From Tubulanus polymorphus (taxonomy: Eukaryota; Animalia; Nemertea), in the NCBI RefSeq assembly GCF_964204645.1, contig NC_134027.1, positions 6,604,485 to 6,668,484 of the forward strand: a stretch of DNA of 64,000 bases. Reading direction: 5' to 3'. Of this stretch, positions 11,221 through 25,936 are shown in pieces. Position numbers and translations under genes: made by a program. Position 1 is the first letter of the stretch. Each line of letters begins with the position of its first letter. The notes below the pieces were generated by a model. That model saw only the letters and a list, made by a program, of their open reading frames with translations, was not told the origin of the DNA and searched no databases.

Positions 11221-14200
11221 TCATCTCGGCGTGTTGGATGACTTCTTCGCTGTTTTTCTTTTTGTTTGCGGAACTTTCAATCGATCTTTCACCGAAGTTA
11301 TGAGATTCAACAAATCTTCCTGAACGGTAAATATATATATATATATATATATACTACATGCACTACGGGCACTAAAACTAAATTGTATGAGTTTTCAATG
11401 AATTTTCAGTAAATGGAGTAAAATCCGCTTAATCCCATTCAGTTTAATCCAAATTTTTATCTAATCTGGATATTGCGTACAGTCTACCAATACATAAATG
11501 GATTAAGCGGCTTAAACTCTATATCTGAAATACCCAGTAGCTAATCTTATCTCGTCTGTGAGACAAGGCCCAATGATCTTACATACCTCAGAATGTCTGT
11601 ACATTAGTTTACAGGCACGCAGATTTTTCTTTTTCAGTATGTGTTGCAGTGCATGCGGCAATGAGTACACTTTGTCTTCAACTACATTTACAACCTGCTC
11701 AAATATGCAGAAAAAAATTGACTGGAAAATCGTAAAATGGTCAAGAAACGAAGAACGTGATGGGACATACCATTGAAAAAAAGCATATCTTGCGGCTAAT
11801 TTTACAGACATTGTCCTCCTCTTCCATAAACTCGAGATTCTTGCGTTTCTTGGCATAAGCGTACACATTCTCATCAAGCATTACCATCTGATCACTGTTC
11901 TTTAATCCGGCTTCTCGTAGTTGCTGTCTTAATGATAACTCATCTTCACTGGAAATAAAACCCAAAAGCTGTATGCTCTCTTCTTGAACCGAGGAAAGAA
12001 TACAGACAATCGAAATATTGTTCACTTACATTGCAGATTCAAGATGTGGTAAAACAGATTGTAAGATAATGTTACTAGTCTTTTCACTTTTAGCCAACAC
12101 ATACAACAGCTTATCCATCGAAAATTTCTCCGCTTCACTGGCATCAGCTAATTCCTGTATGAAAAATATTATATACATATTCAATTCATGAACATATAAA
12201 ATCTATAAACCAAAATATTTTTTTTGAAAAATAGGGGCGATTACAATACACAGTGTACAAATACAAAACATGTGAAGATACACATCAGTACGTTAAACAA
12301 ACACCAAGAAGAATGAACATATATTGAGATCTGGAAAATGCAGATGCTTTAGATATTAGTAGAAAAGTTACGGCGATTCAGTAAAGGGGGAAGAAATGAA
12401 AGATGAAAAAACTTACAACAGATCCCTTTACCTTGGCGGCACAGGTGCCTAAAGGCAAATAATCTGTAGTGGCGTAATGCACACTTTCTGAGATGTTATA
12501 CCCGCAACAAACTGATGCGCAATAAGTCTCGGGAAATACGACGACAAACTCTCGCTGGCGCTGTACAGTTCGACAGACATTTACACCACCTTCAATCAGA
12601 ACATCGGGGCTTACCTAAAAATATATTCATACAGCTTACAACGGACATCTTGTACCACAACGACTGATTATTTCAAAAGACTGCTACATTTTGTTATTTT
12701 CTGATTGGGAATCTGTTTCTTACCATAACAGCTCCGTTTTTAGACGTGATCGGATGATCATGTAATCGATCTGGAAACAAATCAGCCATCAACTGTTTGA
12801 ATTTACCGACTTGACCTTTGACTATGCTGTACCTGCAAACAGAATGAATTGCAATTTAAAAAACAAACCAGTATGGCTTACGAAAATGCAAGTTTTATTA
12901 AAAAGTACCGTTACATACCAGATAGTATCAGCGCCAGTGTGCAGATAGTTTATGTACGGAAGCATGTGATTATCACGAGACCAACATTTCGTGGAGAATA
13001 ACATACCAATATGTAGTGTAGGCACAGTAACGCCTGAAAGAATAGTAAAACTTATTGCAGTTTAACTGAAAATCAGTAGAGAAGACACTCTATCGGGTAT
13101 TGCTTCAGATGAATACTTACCACTTACAGAACCAAGATTGCGAAGTAACGATCCATTGTTCATGGCTAAAACGTTCAGATTCCATGGATGCCTGAAATTT
13201 TTTAATTCAGAAACTAATTCATGAAGTCTTAAGCAACTGTAAGCATATTCAATGGCTGAATACTGAACAGGCAGTTGAGGTTCAAAGTTGTTATTTTTGC
13301 ATATATCTACTGAAAACTAGGCTCCGTCATACTACAAAAGTCTTTCGACTAAATTCTTGTCAAATAGTCTACACTAAGTCAGAGTTTTCATAGCATAAAT
13401 GAGATGTCTGTGTCAGAGATATACTAACTTGCAGTATGGGTTCTCCTTTCTACTGGGGAATCCACTTCCCGAAGTCTTTGTGTCTACGTGACCGTACTGT
13501 ATGGCGACATGATGCTGTCGATCATCAATAACATTCCAATATTCATTCTAAATACAATCAAACGAAAAACAATCGAAGCGAAATTGAATTAAATGGGTCC
13601 TGATCCATGAATATAGAATAACATCAATGCATACCTCAATTTGATCAGTAGACGTTTCGACATCTTTGAACCACATGGCGAATGTATTTCTAGCTGCTCG
13701 GTAGAAACCGCTGAGTGAATTTGATCGACCCTATCAACGAAAATACAATCTGATTAGCGGAATACATCCTGAAAGCATGGAACTAACCAGTTTAAGAGAT
13801 TGGGCAGAATATAAGGTCATTTGAGAAAGCATCTATTACCCGAACGATATTATCAGGTGTTGGCATTTCACCACTTTTCCAATCCTCCAACACAGAATCC
13901 TCTAACTTCTGTTTATCTGCATCCGATAACGTATCGTATGATAGCAAATATCGACAATAAGCATCATAAAGTTTAGTCGTGCGATCCAAGGCCTGCGACA
14001 AAGATAGAGATGATTAAACTTTTGTTTATCGTATCGTATCAGACTGGCTGAAGACTATAGAAGTTGGATCACAAATAGAATCTAGAAAATAATCTTACAA
14101 GTTTTGAAATGCCGAGCAAATCGGCGACTTTGCCCCATCGTTTCTTGTCTGGAACATTGCGCAAACCGCCTAGACCTTGAATAACTGAGGACAAACGAGG

Positions 14201-15834
14201 CAAATCAAGTTCAACTCCTCCAATCTACAAGTAGATAAGTTGCAAAACAATTGATTTAGGTAAAGAAACATAAATGAACAGATGCCAACACATATCAAAT
14301 GAATGGAGTTAGTTATAACATAAGGTATAGAGAATATATATTTTTGAAAAACAGTAGGATTATACTTTTCATGACATACCACTGGCAATGTCTCTAGATC
14401 GAGGCCCTGAGAATGTAAATGTTTCTTAATACACTCGAGCTTCTGTAAACTCGGTCCCCACTTCTCGCGCAGCATGTGAATGTACTGCATTTGACTGATG
14501 AATCGCATCTCGTCATGAACTTTACAATCAGGCTACAAACAAAAATCAAATGCAACATGAAATACTAAGTATCGAATTCGTACTATGAATTTAAAAAAAA
14601 TGCACGCATAGAAAATTCCAATCTTATTCTAGGACAACACGATACGAACAATTTTGCTTCATTCAATCATTACAGTTGTCGGTAAGATACGATTTCCAGT
14701 GATTTATTGAATCGAAGCAAACTTGAATTTACATATGCACATGAGGTAGTAGGGTAATCACAAATAGATTGTATGAAGTATTTTCAGCAATTTCCAAAGG
14801 TTTAGTATTAGGTGTATGCAAGATAATAACCTTCCAGGATTCGGGCGGGATAATTCGACATATTCCGTAATGCGAAGCCTCCTCTTTGATCGAAGATATG
14901 TATAATATAGGGTCTTTGAATTCGAGCTCCGTCGGCTTGTAAACTGGACATTGTATGACACGACTACCGCTACCACCAGTTGCACAACCTACACCAGAAT
15001 AACTCGACTGCCCGGAATGACTCTCCTTCACCGATCCTCCTAAGGCGACAGATACAGGTAACAGGTTCTTATGCATAGAATACAACTCAATCGTTCAGTA
15101 AAACATACATGCATGCGGTTATGAGAGAAATTTGGATAAGGACGTTACAAAACTTATGGGAATCACGAGAAAAATCAACGGTAACTTACTGGATCGTTTT
15201 GCCTTCTTCTTCGCGGGACTCGTCCAATCATCGGCGTCAGATTTTGAAGGTCGTCCACGCGACCTTTTCAACGGACGGTTCGCCGTTTTCGAAGAGACAC
15301 GATCAGAATTTTGAACACGTTTCGGCACGTCGGCTAATATTTGATCGAGATTCGAGATAATGTTCGGTAAACCGTCGATATCGTCGAGGGCGCGTTTACG
15401 CTGCGATTGGACGCTTCGTGAAATCGGCGTGGAATCCCGACTCGTCGACGGGCTGCCGCCATTTGACGCGCTACCGCATGACGTCCAACCAGCTCGAGCC
15501 GATTTCGAACCATCGTTGCGTCTTCCTGAAGGGATGTTCACCTTTAAAGGCACAACCGGACTCAATTTACGCTTCTCGGCATAGAAGCTTTTTGTTTTTA
15601 ATGGGGACGGCGTCATTCCAGCCGTACACATCGACCGTGTTGAGCGCGTACTGCTAGTCACACTATCAGAAATGCTGTGTAAACTCTCGCTATCCGTGTC
15701 TCGATACGAACTGATCAAACGACTCGAAGACCGACACCGATTATTGTCGTGATTAATTTTTCTCGGAGATGAAAAACTATTACGAACTGCCACCGTCGTA
15801 CTGCGCAACGAACGTGGTTTCGATGCCTCATCAA

Positions 15835-15869
<35 letters not shown>

Positions 15870-18800
15870 ACATCATCTAACTCCTCACCACTACTGATAT
15901 CTGCCTCCACAACATCTCCGTCCGTTCTAACTACTGCCGCCGGTATGACGTCGATGAGGTGTTCAAAATCTTCGAAATAATCGTCATCGTCTTGATCGCT
16001 CATCATCAGAGCTTCGATAGGAACGCGACTTCGACGTGGTCTTAGTTTACGAACTAGTCGTTGGCGTAGGCGTTTTCTCATTTGCTGCTGGCGTTGCGAA
16101 ATCTTCACCGGTTTTTTAACGCTTTTACTGGAAGCCTTTTGAGAAGCTTTCGCCTGTGATTTGCGCATCATTGTTTGCCGAGCGGCTTTCGCTAGTTTAG
16201 TAGCTGCAACAACACCGGTTTGCACTTTTGGACCTGACTTCGAACCCACTGGTCGCCCACGAGGTCTCTTTATAGGATTATCCGAATCCTGATTCGCAAT
16301 AATTTTGTTTCTTTTCTTCGGTTCAGCACGACGGGATCTACCATACGACTGTAAATACAAACCGGAAATTAATTAAATTATTTCAGTATTGGTGAAAAAA
16401 TGTATTCATTGTTATATATAATGTTGGATTCAGAGACGATTACGGGAGAAGGATGTCTAACCACTAAACATAAATACAATTTTTGCTGTTGGCATCTTAA
16501 TCGAAATCTTCATTCTGTCTGTGCACCATAAAGCAATGCAAGTGTGAGTGTAATGTAGTTTAGTGATAACATATAACATGATTCCGTAAATAAGTATTTT
16601 GTTAGTAAAAAATCATCAGCAACGAAATGAATCAACGCATGCATCTTGAACTGCAAAATTAGCAAACGAAATAACCTTCCATATTCCAGGAGCAGGTATC
16701 GCAGGTGGCAGGGGCCACAGTATCATAGTAGACAGGTCACTGGCTTTCAATGGCTTCTCATCATCATACCACTGATTTTTGCTCTCAAAGTGTGATGAAG
16801 TTCCTGCTAATCTTGGAGAAATCACATCTGTGCTACTCATAGTACTAACAGTGTCAACGGTTTTTTTATTCCTCTGTATTTTCGTTTGTTCACAATCACT
16901 GCCTACTGTCAGACCATCGAGAAAACGAACTCGCTTGAATGATTTATTACATTTATTATTATTCGAATATGTTTTGTTCATGAAAGATCTAGTGTCAAAA
17001 CATTCAATTTCAGGAGATTGTGATTTTCTTATCAGCCCAGTGACCAGGGCCACATCATCTGACCTCATTTTCTCTGATTCAGGATCTTGACTAGGTTCCT
17101 CAAATTTAAGGGAATTGTTTATTTCATCTGTTGAAGTATTCAGGTCAGTTACCCAACTACCAGTAACCGTTGCAGGATTGTTCAATTCTAAAGACGCAGT
17201 ATCGGTTTTTGAAGCTATATCTAAGCTTGTTTCTTTATGACAACCACTATCAATAGATTTACCAGTGAGTTTATTCACATTGAATGAATCATTATTTGCT
17301 ACATCTTCTCCCACAGCAGATTGATCAAGATCATCCTCTTTCAATGTTCCTTTCACAGCGAGAATTATATCCCTTGAAACATGTATTATTGGCAGTTTAA
17401 TACACTGATCATGAAAACCAAACAGCCGAGTCAGTGGATGTATTGAGGCAGGTTGATCAGACTTTTCACGGCAGCAACTCTGTACTCCATTGGATGATGA
17501 TAGATTTGTATTTGTGATGTAGTTTGGTGAATGCTCATCACAATGTGGAGTTGAGACAGCTTGTTGTTCAGGGTTTAACATATTTTCCATCAAAGCTGAC
17601 TGACAAGTTGGCGCTTCAGTTTCATTTTCAGCAGAATCTGATTCATTCTGATGGTCATTATTTCGACGAATAATAGCCGACACACGATCGAGGAGTGTCT
17701 CATGTCCGTAACTATGATCTAAAAGCGGATTCAATACGCCGACATTCTTAGCATCTTTCCGGGGTGTAGAAGGTAATGCAAGAGGTGACAAACAATCTTT
17801 ATCGGGTCCTAACAATTCAGATTCGATCTTCTCTTTGTCATCTTCAAATGCGTATTGATCAATATCGATATCCCAGTTTTCGGTCAACAGTGTACTCGCA
17901 AAATCTGAAAACATCGGTTTTTGATCCGTCCCGAATTCGACGCAAGCAGCATTAGCCATAGACGTTATTTTCAACACGTCTGGTGCTGGCAACGCGATGT
18001 TTTCCTCACTGGCATGCATGGTGCCTGAAATTTTATCCGTTGTTTCGTCGATTGTCTCGCTGTTATGAGATTCATCCTTCTCTGCGCGGAAATCGAAAGG
18101 AAAGACAAGATCATCGAACGATATTGCATCTTTCGACCAATAGACACGTTTCGTGTCGCGCTGCAACCACCATTCATTTTCTGGTTTGAAACAACAAGGC
18201 TGTGATGGCCACGTGTGTCTTAGACTAATTCTTAAAGGTTTTTCGAGATCCTGCTTTTCCTGAGTAATAATGTATGAAAATTTGAAATGAAGCATAAGTA
18301 GAACATATTAATGAATTCAAGCATTCCAGAAAATGGTTCGGAGTTCAAGGACCACATGCCCGCCTAAGGAATATGGACACAATACCTAACTTACGATTCG
18401 TACTCGCAATTCAAGTTATTTAGCGATGATAAGTTGAATGATGCAACGGCCCACTGGGGCTAAAAACGTGCTTCAAATGAAAATAATGTTTTTTTGGAAT
18501 GGCACTCTTGCTCTACACAAAGGTACGTTTAACATAAGCTGTCATACATAATTTACCAAAGACACGCAGCATCAATATACGATATCATTGTTATAATTGC
18601 ATTGAATTATTACTAGCAATTCATACTTACAAGAGGTCGCACGCCTAAATCATCTCTCTTGTGAGATCCCCGATTCAGCAAGTGTAATCTCGATGATGAA
18701 GAACGATAAGGAGGAATATGTTCAATAACCGTGGGCTGTTTGAATACTTCAAATTGTGGGGGTAAAAATGGGTTTTCTGAAATTGGAAATACAAAAAAAT

Positions 18801-20460
18801 ATTACAGGCAGGTACCAGAAGGTTAAATCTCTTAAAACCTACCCCTAACAAGCCTCTTTATATCGCTTTAAAATGCTAAACTTACTTCTAATACATAAAA
18901 ATGTGAGGAAATCTTCAGTCTTTTGAAGTCGCTTTGTGGGAGGAATATCGCCATGCGACATTGTAGATAGCATTGTTGGAGATCCAAGAGGATCCTTTAA
19001 TTTCACTGGCGTGACGCATGGACTGTTAGGACGAGAACCTTCGGCAAACTTCCTTTGAGCACGCACCTTACTTCTACAATTACCAATCAATGATTAGCAC
19101 AAATTAAGATTCAAGTTACAATCTACAACATAATAGACAAAATGAATAACTGTTCATCATTGATTCATACCTGTTTGAACTGTTTGGTTTTAAAGAATTC
19201 TTGTCCTGACAGAACGATCCTTCTGAAATTTTTGATCCATTAATCTGAAGACTTCTTTTATCAGCCTGAAAAATGATGAAGATGCATTTTTATGAACCTA
19301 ATACATAGGTAACAAGTGAATCAAATGAATAAAACTACTAACAAGAGTTATTTAATTACAAGTACTTAATTCTAAGCAAAGCCAAGTGTTTGATTACAAA
19401 CTAATTATTCAAATACATTTAAGATAAAGGATGAGCCGTTTTGCAATAATTGTAGATTTATTGATTTAATAATTAATAATGAGGTTAATCTACTTAAATA
19501 ATTTGTAGATGTTCATTGGTTTCGACAGGATTGATGATTTTAAATGACGAAGTGAGGTCCCCACTTTATATCAGACTTACTGCTGACTGTGAGGATTCCG
19601 ACAAATCTCCAGATTCTGATTCTTTGATTTCTTTCGAAAGACTTCGCTGCAGTTTACTCTCATTCAGAGAGGCGTACAAAGCCTTTTTCAATTGAGTCTC
19701 TTCGCGCCATGATAATCCTGTCACGCTATTTTCCTGAAGGAAATGAAATTGATAATATCTTTAGAAATTTATCTACCACACCAGGAATCAGTTCGGCTGT
19801 AAACATGTCTGAACTCGTTCTTAAATTTCATACCATTACTAATATAACAAAGAAATCCACAAGGCTTAAGCAAAAGTTAGCACTTTTGGTGCAGGAAAAG
19901 TAACACTTTTTAGTGAATTGCGCCCAGGACAGACATTGTAACTGCTCATCATTATTTGTCAAACCATAACAATAAAACGATGACATAATTAAAACAACGT
20001 AAAATCACTAAGGCTATGTCATTTATGCACTAGGACAAAAGTAAAAGAATCACACTTTTCAGCACTGATTGATAACGTCACACTTTTCTTCAGCACTTAT
20101 TGATGTTTTTGTGATAAGTAAGCATAAATCAGTGCCTCAACAGATTTTATAAAAAAATTCGCACTTAGTCGACTTGCTACAAATCATGATCCATGAAATA
20201 CGAGCACTAGCTAAAAGTGAAGCTTAACTTCATTGACTTACCGGTGACTTAGGAACAATTTGACGCTTCGGACGTTCTGCCAACATCGGCGCCGGCAGAG
20301 AAGATGAACGCCTGCTTCGACTATTAGCAGGCATGGCATAAGAGGTTCCCGGACAAACGCTGCTGCTATCCGTCGAACTAACCGATCCACTCGCACTCGT
20401 ATTACTCGCTGTATCTTCGTCCCTTGCCCGTTTTCGAACTGCCTTCGAGCCTGCATACAT
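11221..20460 (-). CDS. JARID2: Jumonji / AT-rich interactive domain protein 2 (PRC2 cofactor), multi-exon; start codon uncertain
   Basis: N-terminal RPKR and [16 protein letters not shown] motifs, [10 protein letters not shown] repression motif, JmjN ([14 protein letters not shown]...YGICRIIPP), ARID, JmjC with non-catalytic CWSRD, and a C5HC2 zinc finger ([11 protein letters not shown]...LEHAL). Stop TGA at 11221-11223. A probable 5' exon has its donor at 20713. Confidence 0.95.
11331..11352. repeat. (AT)n microsatellite in JARID2 last intron
   Basis: atatatat... run. Confidence 0.9.
11421..11513. mobile_element. Small MITE-like inverted repeat in JARID2 last intron
   Basis: AATCCGCTTAATCC ... 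GGATTAAGCGGCTT inverted ends. Confidence 0.45.
15827..15876 (-). repeat. (GAT)n trinucleotide repeat encoding poly-Asp in JARID2
   Basis: catcatcat... run within ORF 15119..16360 ([17 protein letters not shown]). Confidence 0.9.
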
Positions 20461-20719
20461 CGACGGTGTAGGCCTACCTACAGTGCTGCTACAACGTCGG
20501 CTCAATTTCTCATCGCTGATCCGCCAATCACCACACTCCTCACCGCTGCTCGTCACTGCCTGAATATACCGAAAATTCAGAAACTCTGACTGAAAATCTA
20601 AGAAATATCGTTCGTCAAATTAGAAAAAAATCGAGCGTCCTGAAAACGAGCCCAATAAAAAAAATTTAAAATATTTTGTCCTCAATTTAACTCGCTTAAA
20701 TGATTAAACTCACCAGTAT

Positions 20720-21105
20720 TCATCTATATGGACACGAATGGCGCTACTGACGACATCGCGTGTGGTATGTGTAGTCGATGATTTTAAAATTGTTGAGTCT
20801 GAGAGCCTTCTTCATTCAAAACATACAAAGCAATCCCACGAATTTAACTGTCGCGCGCGATGAAACACTAATTAAACCGATTCAATCATCTCTCGTTGAA
20901 CTCATAGACGGTAGACACATACAAGTTTCATCAAACGACGGATAACATTATTTTTCTGACGTATAGACGATCGAAATATAGGAAAATGAAAAAAAAAATC
21001 GTCCAATATTATCTTAGTCGGCATTTTAAGTAGTCCCTAAACTCCGGTCGATAGCTTCGGACTTAGTCCTTGGCCGTGATATACGCATATTAGACTAAAC
21101 TCAAT
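20720..21105. promoter_or_regulatory. Bidirectional promoter region shared by head-to-head JARID2 and GPATCH1
   Basis: Divergent genes; the JARID2 first-exon donor (20713) and the GPATCH1 ATG (21106) are under 400 bp apart. Confidence 0.65.
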
Positions 21106-24100
21106 ATGGCCGCGCCCAGTGAAGACGACGACGACGATTTTGTTTCGATTGGAACTGCTCTGCAGCCCCTAGATGATGGTGATTATGCCGAATTGTTAAA
21201 CAACGTTAACATAAAATATCTTAAGCTATTCTCTTCTATATTTGATCCTTGATGACGATAAATTAAGATAATTTTCTCCATCTTGAGACGATTCTTCTCA
21301 ATCCGGAAGTAACATTTTGCTAATTGCAAAAAAATGAACAAATAAATAGATGGAGTAGTTTGAAAAATTTGTTGGAAGTCAAAAAGGAAGTCTTATTTGA
21401 AGTCTACCTAATGAATATTGCCAATAAGATTTCACAATACAAAAAGAAAGACAAGTCAGAAGAAAGGTTTCTTTGAGCTACCACTAGTTGTTTTTCAATC
21501 TTTAAATAGCCGATTTTCATTTCACCACTTCATTTACTTCTTTTCACAGATGAAGAGTTAACGAGAAGAAAGCCTCAGAATGTTCAAGATCAGACTGTTC
21601 GCGATGAACAAGGGCGGCAACGCTTTCATGGTGCTTTCACTGGTGGATTTTCTGCTGGTTACTTTAATACGGTTGGATCTGAAACTGGTAAATCTTTTAG
21701 TTTTCTGGTCTAAAGATTAGTCAAACAAAGCAGCAAAGTCAAACTATAGCTCCTCCCTTAAATATGGTGATTATGAGGAATCTGAAATCTATAGAATCAA
21801 AAATTCTTTCTCAGGATGGACTCCTTCAACATTTGTTTCATCGAGAAATAAAAGATCTGAAAATGTATCACAACAACCTGAAGATTACATGGATGCTGAG
21901 GTAGGATTATATGTGAATTGTAATTTTTCTACTGTCCCCGGAGATGCCCAAAGTTCTTGGGATAATTTTAAGTAACTTTATTCAAGGATTTGGGCCAATT
22001 CGGAATTGCTCCTAGGAAAATTGTAACTACTGATAAGTTTGCTGGAGATGAACGCAATAAGGAACGAAAAAGACGACTCGGTGAATTTAGTTCTGGTATA
22101 GCGGGTTATTTGGATGATCTGATTAAACCAACAAAGTATGTAACAAACGGGTGGCTGCAACATCAGATGATGAGCCTTACTGTCCTACACTGCCACAGTA
22201 GTATCTACAATATTAACATATTCTCAAACATTTCCTTTCATATTCATAGACTTACAGTTGGAGTGAAGCTGTTGACAAAACAAGGATGGAAGCAAGGACA
22301 AGGAGTTGGTCCAAAACTGAAAAAGCAACTACCATCAGGTGAACTTACCTATATTTCCATAACTATAAATGAACTAGTCCCAATGCGCTTGTTAGATGAA
22401 TATGTTGATCTGTGAAATTTTAGCAAATGCAGTTAGTCAGAAGATGTATGGTTGTGCCCTACCTCCGACCCCGGATGATGGTGAGATTGATCATAACGTA
22501 TTGGGATTGATGTTTGCTCCGAAGGATATAACACCTTTCAGTTTCAATCAAAAAAATGACAGACACGGTATTGGTTACCATGGTATCGACCCACAAACTG
22601 CTATTTCCGGTGGCCATGTGAATTTGTTTGAACCGGCACCACCTATAAAACGGACTGGTCGGAAAGGCATCAGAGGACAGGTAAGTTTACAAGTTAGTAC
22701 ATATATATGAGATCACATTCACTAGGTATTCTTCAGATGATTTCATACTGTAATAATGACTTCTTCAGGCGTTCGGGACTGGAGCTTTAAATGATGAAGA
22801 TGCAGATATCTATGGCACTGATTCTTTGGCTAACTATGATATGTGTTTAGATGATGAAAAAGATGTGAACAGGTCTAACCATGGTTGGACTGCTCCCGTT
22901 CATCTAGGTATATTTGTTTTCTTAATCTACCCTTACAATCCTCTTTAGCATAAATCCCTATTTATCCAAGTGCTCTATTTTTATATATTCAGCAATAACA
23001 AATGCACCATCGAAAAATGAAGTGTTAGCGTTAAGCGGATTTTCTGGGGCGACAAAGCCACCTCCTCGGCAAAAAACTTTCTATCCGTGTAAAATACCCA
23101 AGGATTACAAACCAATTCACGTGTTTACTACACAAAATACACCGTTAATTGCTGGTATACAGTCCGATGTCAAAGTAATGGATCCGCTCACAAGGGCCAT
23201 AGCACTTGGAGAAAAAACAGGTAAATCTTTATTTCTATCATTGCATTGCTATGTTTTCTTATAGATTACCATCGGTATTCACTAAATTGTACATGTGTAT
23301 ATTTTTTCATTCTCAGGATCTGTATTTGAATTGATTTCAAAAAGCGAAAAGGAAAGAATCGAAAAAGTGAAGCAGGTTGGGGCACGTACCAGTGTGGATG
23401 AATATGTATCGCCACATAAACCCCAAGAATCATCAAGTGTTCCTGTGGCAATGAAGCAAACCCCTCCTGAAAAGAGTGCACCTTTGTTCAAACCGGGGCA
23501 AATAACATTTAAACCCTTCGCAAAAAATCCGGAAAAACAAGAACGGTATGAGAAATATCTTCAAGTTCGACAGCAGGGAAAAACATGTATGTATAGCAAT
23601 GTGCATTGTATATTCTTGTTATATTGGATTATGATAGAATGAAACCGATTTCAAAACTAACATTACCTCTTGACAGATGGGGATGATGAAATACCAGAAG
23701 GAAGCATGACTGAGTGGGAACGAGATCAAGAAAAGGAAGAATTTGCTCGCGCTGCTAAACTGTATAAACCAATGTCTAATTTCATGGCTTCCAGATTTAC
23801 TGCAGCTAAGTATGAGGATGATGCAGATAAAGTTGAAGTACCTGCAGAACAAGGGGTAAATTCATGCCGTGTAATGGTCATGGCCTCATGAGAAAAAGTT
23901 ACTATGATTTTTTATTTTCATTTGATACATAGGGAGATAAAAGTGATCAAATGAAAGCAGCAAAAATGAAAATGTTCGGCCACATGACCCGTGATCATTT
24001 TGAGTGGCATCCTGATCGTTTGTTGTGCAAACGTTTCAACATTGCAAATCCGTATCCTCAGTGAGTATTCATAGCTGTCTCCATGGGACTGCTTCTTTCT

Positions 24101-25936
24101 GGCTTCTATTCACAATTGTACTTAAGATAACATTTTCCAACCTCAATCTACGATTTTTCTTATGATTTATAGGTCATCATTGACAGGATTACCAAAAGTG
24201 AAGCGGGATAAATTTTCGGTATTTAACTTCCTCAATTCACCTGCAAATGAGGAGCCTTCAAAGCAACCTGGATTCCTTGCTGATGAAACAAGCTCAAGGC
24301 CTAAGATTAGCTTCTCAATTGGAGCTAGTAAAAAATCCGATGAAAGCACTACAGCCCATTTTGATTCAGTGTCAAAGGATACTACATCAGAAACTTCTTC
24401 AAATGATCTAGCTCAGCCTTCAGTTGATGTATGTAAAAGTTTTTAATTTTGAATTATCCCGAGTGGTTTTTAATGAGAGAGTAATTGTTAGGTCTCACAC
24501 AAAAAAAATCGGCTTACAATAAGTGTGCAATGATTGGTTGAATTGCAGGAGCCTGCATCCTCAACTCCTTCGACAGATCTGTTCCAGGCTATATTTGCTT
24601 CGACTGATTCTGAGAGTTCTGATGAAGAGAATACTGAAACAAGTCCAGACAAATCAAATAAATCGGATACAAGTAGTGCCGTCTGTATGGATGTCAAATC
24701 TGATAGTATGATGGAAATTGAAGAAACCGACAATAGCAGTGATTTGATGAATACCAAAGCGATTAGTGTTAACACTGGTATGTATCATAATTTCATAGAT
24801 ATTTTTGAATTTGTTTTCTCATTAATGAATCTATTTATACCAAATATCTATTGCAGTAGTTCAACCTGAAGACGAGGAAGCAAAGACGCCTAGAAAAAAA
24901 ACATCACGTTTTAATCTGTTTGAGCCATTTCTGCAGCAAGCAAACACAAATACACCAACGACATCACAACCATTAACCTCAGTTACAGCAAGCACACCAT
25001 CAATTAATGACCTGAAAGATCGTCTGTCTCCTTTATTGCCTGATCAAGATGATTCTTTTCTGAAGTATGGTCCGGCATTACCGCCTTCATCATCTTCAAG
25101 AATAAATATATCGTCTGGTAAGTTTTTCCATTGAAATTTGTTCAATATTACTGATAGTTCTTTATATGCAAGTCCTAACGCATAGATTTTGAATATTCCC
25201 ACTTGCATACATGATATCAGCGATGTTGATAATTCAATTGATTGTAGATTCTGATAAAGATGTCCAACCCAATAATTCAAGGGCTCAGTATTCGGAAGCC
25301 TCTGCTAGTAGCCACAGAAAACAAAAACATAAACACAAAGAAAAGAAAAAGAAGCATAAAAAAGAGAAAAAGGTCAGTATCAGTCTTTTGATGAATTTTT
25401 CACCATTAGGAGATATTTTGTAGCCAATATTCTTTGTTTATTCAGAAAAAGAAGAAAGTAAAGAAGAAAAAACGCACTGATATGTCTAGTAGTAGTGATG
25501 GGGAAAGTAGTGATGATGCAGATGATGAAGGTAGTTCAACCGACGCACGTCTGCTGTCCATGTAAGTTCACATGCAAGTGATTGGTTCTGTTCAAATCGA
25601 AGGGTGGAATACAATATAACAGTAACCCAGCAGTGATGTATTTAAGCTTTGAAGTTGTAATAACTGATTTTGGTGGGTCTATTAAAGCACAACTCATTCG
25701 GTAATCCATTCAAACTGGTAGAATGATAAAAAGATTTTCTTTTCTCTACCGTTTGTCTATGTGAAAATATTCAAAAATTAATATCGGTATTTGTCTTAAT
25801 ACCGGTAACATTTTGCTGGCCCAGACGCTACTGCTAGATATACCTCTTTATATATGCCGATTCTCCATAAATTGTATCTTCCAGGCTGACCGGCTTATCT
25901 GCAGGGAAACGAATGACAGCAGCCGATTTCATGTAA
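21106..25936 (+). CDS. GPATCH1: G patch domain-containing protein 1, multi-exon
   Basis: [19 protein letters not shown]...[28 protein letters not shown] (DUF1604), G-patch [47 protein letters not shown], Lys-rich tail, ending RMTAADFM* (25934-25936). Confidence 0.95.
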
